Shown one piece after another: positions 40,077 to 46,867 of a DNA stretch of 50,701 nucleotides (within the stretch, counting starts at the first letter, position 1; each line of letters begins with the position of its first letter). The translations under genes and the position numbers were made by a program. The notes under the pieces are model-generated. The model made no database searches, was not told the origin of the DNA, and saw only the letters and a program-made list of their open reading frames with translations. The DNA comes from a virus (lineage: Duplodnaviria; Heunggongvirae; Uroviricota; Caudoviricetes), in IMG/VR virus record IMGVR_UViG_3300048813_000140, positions 1 through 50,701 of that record, one strand, 5' to 3'.

Positions 40077-40448
40077 CTATTCTTTCTTTTTATCACAAAT
40101 CTTACAGTATTCAAAGACTTCGCTAAGTCCTTGATATTTAACCCAATCATGACCAAGCATGCATGTCGTTACAGAAACCTTTATATCGTTAAAATCCATA
40201 CCACCAAACAAAGGTGAGGCATACGACGGTATCCAAACTGGAGATACTCCACCAAAAAGAGCAGGTAGGTGAGGCTCCCAGTTGGTATCCCCGTCAGCTA
40301 TAGAATAATATTGTTGACTTATCGCCATATCATCCCAGACTACTACATATTCGTCTTGTCTATTAATTTTATTCCAGATCACATCTACAATTTGACCGGT
40401 TGCGCCATTGCTTTTTACTCTAAATAAATCGCCAGCCCGAAAGTTCAT
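40077..40448 (-). CDS. Hypothetical protein with C-terminal C-x3-H...CxxC motif
   Basis: ATG 40448 overlaps the upstream TGA; ends CMLGHDW..CKICDKKE. Confidence 0.65.
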   Translation of the reverse strand: MNFRAGDLFRVKSNGATGQIVDVIWNKINRQDEYVVVWDDMAISQQYYSIADGDTNWEPHLPALFGGVSPVWIPSYASPLFGGMDFNDIKVSVTTCMLGHDWVKYQGLSEVFEYCKICDKKKE

Positions 40449-40885
40449 GATTTTACCCCACAAAGTTCTTCTACAATCTTTCCCCAAGATTGTTCTGGGT
40501 TATGTCTATCAAAATGAATAAATTGTCCATCAAATACAGGACTCCAACGCTCTAAGTCATCATCTATAAGTATGTCACCATGCAGCAATTTCTTATCGCA
40601 GACCAATACCATACTCTTCAAAAGAGCTGGGAAATGTTCTTCTATCCATTCTGCCTTCTCGGTGAATGAATGAAGATTCTTGGTAGTCGGCTTTGAGCCA
40701 ATGTAAACTTCCAGATCTGGATTTTCAAGAAGCTTTGCTACGGATTGTTTGGCGCCAGGCATTACCTTTAGATTCCTGAAAAATCCTACAACAAACATTT
40801 CAGGTGGGTCCCAGCCTGATCCTGGTGGTATCGCTCCATCAAAATCAGCGAGTACGCCATCCATATCCAGAAATACGATTTTCAT
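40445..40885 (-). CDS. 5'(3')-deoxyribonucleotidase (NT5C-like HAD)
   Basis: FLDMDGVLADF, EKAEWIEEHFP and DKKLLHGDILIDD. Confidence 0.9.
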   Translation of the reverse strand: MKIVFLDMDGVLADFDGAIPPGSGWDPPEMFVVGFFRNLKVMPGAKQSVAKLLENPDLEVYIGSKPTTKNLHSFTEKAEWIEEHFPALLKSMVLVCDKKLLHGDILIDDDLERWSPVFDGQFIHFDRHNPEQSWGKIVEELCGVKS

Positions 40886-41883
40886 TACCAGTTATCCTTC
40901 TTGATGATGCCCATTCCAGGCTTATCTTCTTCAGAGCTAGGAATGGTAAACAATGTTCTCAATCGTTTGATTTCATTGTTTAACTCTTTCTTTTCCCTAT
41001 ATACCGCATTTATTAACGCAGTAAGATGATCAATCGTAAAATTGTTAGAGTTATCAACTATATAATCAACATCTCTATGGTTTTTAAGGATAGCCTTAAG
41101 GTAAGCTTCTCGTGCCTCTCGTGTTGGTAACCCAATTTTAACAACATGGCTAAAACGTCCAGGACGATTATAGATACGAGGATCTAACTTCTCTGGATAA
41201 TTCGTAGTCGCAATAAACATGACATTATTAACCGTTTTGGCAGAATCAAGTAATTCCAGATATGCCGATTCCCCATAGTACTGGATCAAACTATCAATGT
41301 CTTCCAGAATTACTATGATTTTTCTATCAGGCTCGATTCTTGCAAAGTCATTAAACCAACCCGACACAAGCATTGGAGATGTTGAAGCAAAAAATACTAT
41401 TCCACCTCTTTCAACCAATTTCTTTGATACGATTTTTATCGTGCAAGACTTGCCAGATCCAGGAGGACCATAAAGCATTAATCCAGCTTTAAATATAGCT
41501 CCACCATTAACAAATTCATTTCCCTCTTTATAGTCTTTTTCTGATTCCCAAAATCTATCGACTATTCTTACCACTTCTTCTGATCGCATCTGCGGTAATT
41601 CTAACAGTATACCTGATGGAGGTAATGTAGGAACAACAAATACTCTATGGTGATGAGATGCTATGTCGTAAGATCCAGCCGGTAGCCTATCTATCGTAGG
41701 CGTAGTAGCTGCATATCCGCCGCCATGCAAGGCGTACTGAGTAGGAGTTCCTGGTGTAGGCGCCTCATCTTTAGTCGTCAAGCTTGTAGGCTGATTCTCA
41801 CGGAGACTCGTACTGTCCCTCTTACTTAAAGAATATTCTCCAGCATTATTTGCCCACTCTACTGCGTCGTCTAACTCACTCAT
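40885..41883 (-). CDS. AAA+ ATPase (BCS1-like)
   Basis: Walker A GPPGSGKS, Walker B ILEDID, and ATTNYPEKLDPRI..RPGRF. Start at ATG 41883 from the ATGA overlap. Confidence 0.9.
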   Translation of the reverse strand: MSELDDAVEWANNAGEYSLSKRDSTSLRENQPTSLTTKDEAPTPGTPTQYALHGGGYAATTPTIDRLPAGSYDIASHHHRVFVVPTLPPSGILLELPQMRSEEVVRIVDRFWESEKDYKEGNEFVNGGAIFKAGLMLYGPPGSGKSCTIKIVSKKLVERGGIVFFASTSPMLVSGWFNDFARIEPDRKIIVILEDIDSLIQYYGESAYLELLDSAKTVNNVMFIATTNYPEKLDPRIYNRPGRFSHVVKIGLPTREAREAYLKAILKNHRDVDYIVDNSNNFTIDHLTALINAVYREKKELNNEIKRLRTLFTIPSSEEDKPGMGIIKKDNW

Positions 41884-42584
41884 TTTTTGGGTCCTTTCTG
41901 TCGGAATGACCATTTATCGAATCCGTGTTTTGCTATCTTATCTAGATCAGAAATCGTTACGGTCTTATTTACGGGCTGATTTAAGTACCCACCAACGAAT
42001 TGGTAAAGCTCTTGATGTGCAGTAAAAGGGTCCTTAACACCTGCGAATCTATAATCTTTGAGCTTGGGATTTATCTGAAGTTCACAGTCGTGACCTCTGG
42101 CTTCTTTATATAGGAAACAAGGAGTATTAAGCTCAAAGAACTTATTCTCTAAAGCTTCCCAGTTCTTTCTTTCCTCGAAATATCGTTTACATTCATTTAA
42201 ATATCCAAGATCGAAGCCATCACGCCAGAACCATCCAGGTTTCCCATTCTTTATAGGGAAATTGAGATCATTTACCCATTTTTTGAGATTATCATAATTG
42301 TAAAAAATCGCCAAAACCTTATCTGATGGGTATTCTCGTATTCTTATTAGAGGGTACAGATATCCACAAAATCCTATTATTTCTCCAGATATAGTAAATC
42401 GATAGAGTGGGTTTTTGGAAAGCATCCCACTTCTTGCTCCATCGTTTACTACTTTGGGATAGCTCTTGGACCTTTTGTTGTCAACTTGAATTGTGTACTG
42501 TTCACGAATATACTTGATTTCTTTGTCAAGATATTGATGACTTACACTGTCATAGTAATCTCGGAACTTACTGATCAGCTTCAA
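41880..42584 (-). CDS. Hypothetical phage protein (234 aa)
   Basis: Long ORF coupled to both neighbours; no motif assigned. Confidence 0.75.
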   Translation of the reverse strand: MKLISKFRDYYDSVSHQYLDKEIKYIREQYTIQVDNKRSKSYPKVVNDGARSGMLSKNPLYRFTISGEIIGFCGYLYPLIRIREYPSDKVLAIFYNYDNLKKWVNDLNFPIKNGKPGWFWRDGFDLGYLNECKRYFEERKNWEALENKFFELNTPCFLYKEARGHDCELQINPKLKDYRFAGVKDPFTAHQELYQFVGGYLNQPVNKTVTISDLDKIAKHGFDKWSFRQKGPKK

Positions 42585-43066
42585 AGGTTCTCTTCCATAT
42601 TGTTACAAAAGCTTACATAATTCTTGACATACTCGGTCAACTCTTCCAGGGTTTCAACTACGTTGATGCCATATCTCTTGCAGACGATATCTACATTGCC
42701 TTTTCTCCAAAATCCGGCGGGGCAGCAAACAATCATTGCCTTGTATGCGTTAAGTCCAAGCTCCAATAAGGAAATTGGGGACATCGTACTTGGATCAAAA
42801 TACATAACAATTAAATCTGCTCCCTCAAGGGCGTCCAATTCCCAGGTAACTTGCTCATTGAATTGAGGATTTTTAATATCTTGCTTCCAAGAAGAATCCC
42901 AATCGTCGCGTCTTGGGTTAAGAACCGTTACATCAAGCTGCGATAGAGAATTAGTCAGTTGGGTTTGCCAATCAACGGCTTTACCCATCTCAATACTGCC
43001 AGCCAAAAACACTGTCAGATCTGACAGTTCCCAATCAATTTTACCTGGAGCTTTGATTACTTTCAT
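42581..43066 (-). CDS. Nucleoside 2-deoxyribosyltransferase-like protein
   Basis: VFLAGSI..WQ, NPRR.DW, QV.WEL..LE.AD, SPISLLELG and GNV.IVC. Confidence 0.85.
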   Translation of the reverse strand: MKVIKAPGKIDWELSDLTVFLAGSIEMGKAVDWQTQLTNSLSQLDVTVLNPRRDDWDSSWKQDIKNPQFNEQVTWELDALEGADLIVMYFDPSTMSPISLLELGLNAYKAMIVCCPAGFWRKGNVDIVCKRYGINVVETLEELTEYVKNYVSFCNNMEENL

Positions 43067-43299
43067 TTGTTTCCTACTATCTTGTTCAATGGATTAGAGA
43101 AATGACTCAAATAATGAGCATGTGCGTGTGAGGAGAATCCAGCCGCTATAGCCGCCAAAACAATGGCCGATTTGAAGATCGATCCAATGCTGGACAATCT
43201 AGGTAGCCCCTTTTTATAGATATGGAAGCTAACCAAGGTAGAAACCCAAATTCCTACATGTAAAAAGTAGGCATCTGCCCACTGAATAAAATAATCCAT
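43063..43299 (-). CDS. Small membrane protein
   Basis: Two hydrophobic segments; coupled to its neighbours. Confidence 0.6.
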   Translation of the reverse strand: MDYFIQWADAYFLHVGIWVSTLVSFHIYKKGLPRLSSIGSIFKSAIVLAAIAAGFSSHAHAHYLSHFSNPLNKIVGNK

Positions 43300-43487
43300 T
43301 ATTCCGCCTTGGGTTTGTCAAAACAATGACATTTGAGGAAGTCATCTTCATAGGTTTTCATATTGGTATCGTCGCAAGATTTGGCACAGTCTCTAATGGT
43401 GGATGGCTTTCCTGAGATTTCTTCGTTCCTCCTGATGGGTACCATACATCCTACGGAAAACACCAAAAGTAATGGTAAATATTTCAT
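43299..43487 (-). CDS. Small lipoprotein-like Cys-rich protein
   Basis: MKYLPLLLVFSVGC lipobox-like sequence; GGAG upstream of ATG 43487. Confidence 0.6.
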   Translation of the reverse strand: MKYLPLLLVFSVGCMVPIRRNEEISGKPSTIRDCAKSCDDTNMKTYEDDFLKCHCFDKPKAE

Positions 43488-43560
43488 ATTAACTCCATTC
43501 AACTACATTATATCTCAAGCTTGTAATTATTGCAAGAACATTCGTCCTAATCTTATACAC

Positions 43561-43920
43561 ATGGCAAGTATACCCGCAAAGACAGCAAATACAGATACCG
43601 TATCCGATCTGGCAGCCCTTACAGCCGCCGACGAAGCAAGTTTTATCGCTATGGTAGACGCTCAGATCCTATTAGCTATAGCTCAGGGCCGATATCAGGT
43701 CAGCGCTACTACGTTTGGATACGTGAAACCTAAGGATATCTTCAAGTATTACGCTAACTTAGGGTACCACATATATTTCCCAGATATGATCCAGGGGCCA
43801 TTTGGCTATCAACCTGCTAATTTGTTTGGTGAATTCTGGGATTTTTTCTGGGGCAGCTCATTCACCCCAAGACTGCCCAAGGGTCCAGTCAGAATCATTA
43901 TTCAATGGTATGGAGTCTAG
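43561..43920 (+). CDS. Hypothetical protein (119 aa), lone plus-strand gene
   Basis: Sub-ORF of 43363..43920 starting MASIPAK, directly after the AATCTT motif; the upstream part of the track ORF is the shadow of a minus-strand gene. Confidence 0.7.
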   Translation: MASIPAKTANTDTVSDLAALTAADEASFIAMVDAQILLAIAQGRYQVSATTFGYVKPKDIFKYYANLGYHIYFPDMIQGPFGYQPANLFGEFWDFFWGSSFTPRLPKGPVRIIIQWYGV

Positions 43921-44299
43921 AACTCTGTTCACCTAGGGTACCTATCCTGGGGTCCGTATTTCCACTGACATTTAAAATCAAAGAATCTATAGATATTCCA
44001 GATATGTATTCGGTACCATTTCGTCTTTTCATGAAACCGCCGATACAGGGATAATATCTCTCCAGCATGCTTGTGGGTGCCACGCATTCTTCGGAAAACT
44101 CAATCCTATAAAGAAGCTTACCAGCATTATAAAATAGCTGGGCAGTTCCAAGATGGAAGTCTTCATGGGTAGGAAGATGGTATAAAGTAACCGGAACCTT
44201 GCCAGACGGTATGGATACGGCTGTTTCCTCATCAAGAATATCTCCAGCTATGTCAGGCGTTCCATCAAGATTAGCTAGTACTCCTTCAAAAAATCTCAT
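43898..44299 (-). CDS. Hypothetical protein with weak prohead-protease (HK97/S78-like) resemblance
   Basis: FEGVLA..D..GDILD, VPVTLYH, LG.A.L and ISIDSL..V.GN.DP pattern. Start at ATG 44299 from the ATGA overlap. Confidence 0.45.
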   Translation of the reverse strand: MRFFEGVLANLDGTPDIAGDILDEETAVSIPSGKVPVTLYHLPTHEDFHLGTAQLFYNAGKLLYRIEFSEECVAPTSMLERYYPCIGGFMKRRNGTEYISGISIDSLILNVSGNTDPRIGTLGEQSSRLHTIE

Positions 44300-44459
44300 T
44301 CTGCTTTCTCCTTCAACCAATCCAACACGGGAATTATAGAAAGGCATAATTTATCAAGGTCGGCTTCAATTAAAGCTCCCCAACCTCTACTATATCGCAT
44401 GGAAGCTTCGTAGTTAGATAATTTATTGAAAACTTCTAGAAATACCTTGATCTGCTCAT
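44296..44459 (-). pseudogene. Probable small gene with a frameshift at its start
   Basis: AGGAG-linked ATG 44459 stops after 7 codons, while an adjacent frame is open for 54 codons (NEQIKVFLEV...WLKEKAE) and its TGA overlaps the ATG at 44299. Confidence 0.4.
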
Positions 44460-44851
44460 TTGCCTCTCCTGAAGAATTCCTGATGTTCTTGTTCTTTGTC
44501 GGCCATAACTCTTAAGGTGCCTTCAAAGTCAGGATATCTAGTTGCTAGATATCTATAATTTACTATAGCAAAAGCCTCCATAGAGCGAGCAACAAAATCC
44601 AACATGAATAGAGGGCACACCAAACATGCTAGGCGAATAAAATTACCAATTACCAGAAATGGAAAATTTATGAACACAGAAGGGCGTTGACCATTGCAAG
44701 TCAAAATAGTATTAAGCATAATTTGATGATCCATTTCGTCTTGAGCAATCTGAGCTATGGTCTTATCTTTAGTTCTTTTAAAATGGCCAAGATAGGCCAA
44801 TCTAGCGCCTATCTCGACTCCATAATTGAACTTCAGAAGGAAGTGCTTCAT
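44456..44851 (-). CDS. Ferritin-like di-iron protein (COQ7/DMQ-hydroxylase-like)
   Basis: Ligand pattern E(VEIGA..AY.G)...DEMDH...RPS...MEAF..NY...KEQEH. Confidence 0.75.
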   Translation of the reverse strand: MKHFLLKFNYGVEIGARLAYLGHFKRTKDKTIAQIAQDEMDHQIMLNTILTCNGQRPSVFINFPFLVIGNFIRLACLVCPLFMLDFVARSMEAFAIVNYRYLATRYPDFEGTLRVMADKEQEHQEFFRRGK

Positions 44852-44863
44852 TTCTTAAATCTC

Positions 44864-45067
44864 CTACATGTAACTAATACAATTTGGAACTTCTTCCTCG
44901 ATAATAGGTACGGCCACCCAACTCTCTTCTTGAGTCTCTGTATTTATAAACTTCTGTTGAAGAGTTTCTGTATACCTTGGCTCTAGTTTGCTGGTCCATT
45001 CATAATAGTGAATCAGTCTATGCCGTCTAAATATGAGGGTTGCCTGCAACATTTTAATCCTCTTCAT
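44864..45067 (-). CDS. Hypothetical protein
   Basis: Track ORF packed in the operon. Confidence 0.55.
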   Translation of the reverse strand: MKRIKMLQATLIFRRHRLIHYYEWTSKLEPRYTETLQQKFINTETQEESWVAVPIIEEEVPNCISYM

Positions 45068-45500
45068 CTATCGGTGAGTGGGTTGTACAAAACATAGTCT
45101 GAACACCTTTAGCTACTGACCGCGTGTACCCAACTTTACCATTAAGATCTGCACCACAAACGGAACATGGGTCTCTATTTTCAACAGGCATAACGAAAGT
45201 ACCAACATTCCAGGTAATTACTTCTTCATCTGGAAGTTTAGCCAATTCTTGGTGTTGCTTATATTTAGCTTCCATAATGGAACTAAGCCATGGGTTAAGA
45301 GGCGGTTCTTCACCTACTCTAATAGGATTTTCAGGATCGGTACGGTCGTAGATTCCAGGACCTCTACCGTAGTTAAAATAACGATGAAACACAGATGCCT
45401 TCTCTTCATGGATATGGCGCTTGATCTTAGCCGAAACCCTGAATTGCTGCTCAGGGGTAAGATTTAGGTATTGGGTTAGGTCTTTCATTAGATCGTGCAT
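45054..45500 (-). CDS. Hypothetical protein with C-terminal CxxC...CxxH
   Basis: CSVCG..FCTTH. Confidence 0.65.
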   Translation of the reverse strand: MHDLMKDLTQYLNLTPEQQFRVSAKIKRHIHEEKASVFHRYFNYGRGPGIYDRTDPENPIRVGEEPPLNPWLSSIMEAKYKQHQELAKLPDEEVITWNVGTFVMPVENRDPCSVCGADLNGKVGYTRSVAKGVQTMFCTTHSPIDEED

Positions 45501-45911
45501 TTAATAATCCTCGCTTGCAGGATAACCATAGAGTTCTTCCTGTATTTTTCGTTTTCCTCGAAATTTATACAATCCCTCAGTGACTATGTGTGGATCTACG
45601 CTTTCTACCTTTTCTGGGTCAGGCTTTGGTAGTTTGGCTGCTGCGGGTCTAAGTCTTGCCAACTGTTCATTGGCCATCTGAATCTGCCATTCAGCGCTTG
45701 CTATCTTTTCTGGGTCAGGCTTTGGTAGTTTGGCTGCTGCGGGTCTAAGTCTTGCCAACTGTTCATTGGCCATCTGAATCTGCCATTCAGCGCTTGCTAT
45801 CTTTTGAGCTATATCAAGAGCTGCGAATTGCTCAAGACTCAAAGAGAACACATAATCTCTCTCAGAAGCTATCCTAGCGTAAGCGTTGTCGATATCTTCA
45901 TTTCTTCCCAT
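45501..45911 (-). CDS. Hypothetical protein with internal 32-aa tandem duplication
   Basis: ATG 45911 is preceded by GGAG; KIASAEWQIQMANEQLARLRPAAAKLPKPDPE occurs twice. Confidence 0.7.
   Translation of the reverse strand: MGRNEDIDNAYARIASERDYVFSLSLEQFAALDIAQKIASAEWQIQMANEQLARLRPAAAKLPKPDPEKIASAEWQIQMANEQLARLRPAAAKLPKPDPEKVESVDPHIVTEGLYKFRGKRKIQEELYGYPASEDY
45609..45805. repeat. Perfect 96-bp tandem duplication
   Basis: Copies at 45609-45704 and 45705-45800 are identical; CTTTT recurs at 45609, 45705 and 45801. Confidence 0.95.
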
Positions 45912-46119
45912 CTGATTGCTCCTTTTTTGGAAATCCACATATTTCGTACATTTTCATAAGTTCAACTCGATGACCAGTAGCATCTTCTAGTCCATATCCA
46001 AGCTTTGTAGCCTCACGTTTTAGTTCTTCCATGGCCACATCTATGAGCATGTCCTCACCTTCACATTCAACTACAGAGGTGATCTCAAATCTTACCTTAG
46101 CTACGTACTTCATTTTCAT
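45898..46119 (-). CDS. Hypothetical protein (73 aa)
   Basis: Track ORF packed in the operon. Confidence 0.6.
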   Translation of the reverse strand: MKMKYVAKVRFEITSVVECEGEDMLIDVAMEELKREATKLGYGLEDATGHRVELMKMYEICGFPKKEQSDGKK

Positions 46120-46176
46120 TTTAATGGTCCAGTCTCTTTGGCTAGTTTTCTAATATATTTGGCAGCTCTTTTTCAT

Positions 46177-46383
46177 CTAATCACACCTTTTCTTGAGATC
46201 ATCTGGGATCATTTTCATAAGATTAATAAATGGATCAGTTTCTTTACTACAAATTCCACAGTCATACATTGTGTAAATTGGTCTGTATTCCTTTTCATTT
46301 AAGGCGTCACACATCTTAAGATCAAATCCAGACCCAAGAAAACAGGACATTAACGTCGGATAAAGAAGAATAGTACATATCAT
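46177..46383 (-). CDS. Hypothetical Cys-rich protein (68 aa)
   Basis: ATG 46383 is preceded by GGAGG; the longer track ORF extends into the tRNA-like region. Confidence 0.65.
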   Translation of the reverse strand: MICTILLYPTLMSCFLGSGFDLKMCDALNEKEYRPIYTMYDCGICSKETDPFINLMKMIPDDLKKRCD

Positions 46384-46491
46384 ATAGTCCTCCAAAAAGT
46401 GACGAGTCCTGTCGCTACCAGAACGTTCGATCTTGCGGGTATAAGTCGAGGATCGACCCCTCCTTTGTCCCTGCAGGCTGGCTTTCCAACA

Positions 46492-46565
46492 TACATTAAC
46501 GAGCGGGAGTTGAACCCGCAGTCTCCCCATTCCTGAGGAATTTTACCATTAAACTACCGAATGTA
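46492..46565 (-). pseudogene. Degenerate tRNA (Gly-like D and T arms)
   Basis: Minus strand: TACATTCGG-TAGTTTAATGGTAAAAT-TCCTC AGGAAT GGGGA-GACT-GCGGG TTCAACT CCCGC-TCG TT AATGTA. The anticodon loop is 6 nt, the acceptor has a 2-nt bulge and there is no CCA. Confidence 0.7.
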
Positions 46566-46597
46566 CGCATCTACCAAGTTATGTTCGTCACTTGATT

Positions 46598-46626
46598 ATT
46601 ATATCGTAGGTCTTAGGGGAGGTCAA
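46598..46626 (-). promoter_or_regulatory. Sigma70-type promoter upstream of the pseudo-tRNA and accessory operon
   Basis: TTGACC, 17 bp spacer, TATAAT on the minus strand. Confidence 0.85.
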
Positions 46627-46734
46627 GCAAAATTTACATTGTAATATATACGAAGGCGAAGCCGAGAGTAAATCGCGATATTTTGATTTTTCAACTCAAA
46701 TCGAATATAATGCAGGTAGTTATGAAAGAGGCTT

Positions 46735-46825
46735 CCAGGCTATCACGGATTCGAACCGTAAATTAAGTAACCACACCTGGCACGTAATCGGAATCGAACC
46801 GATGTCGGGAGCTACCCAACGCACC
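46735..46825 (-). ncRNA. Two abutting tRNA-like acceptor/T-arm minihelices
   Basis: GGTGCGT...ATCGG TTCGATT CCGAT T ACGTGCC (46825-46779) and CCAGG...TACGG TTCGAAT CCGTG ATAG CCTGG (46780-46735). Confidence 0.5.
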
Positions 46826-46867
46826 TGCTTGTGACCTCAAAATCAGTATAACACGGTCTTGAAAGTT

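Noticed and set aside
39851-40494. AATCTT-motif hits at 39851 and 40485
   Set aside because: They lie within coding ends (both encode EQS) and are probably coincidental; excluded from the promoter set.
46424-46490. Possible further tRNA remnant (GAGG-GGTCGAT-CCTC hairpin on the minus strand)
   Set aside because: Only a T-arm-like hairpin with a non-consensus loop; no convincing acceptor or D arm.
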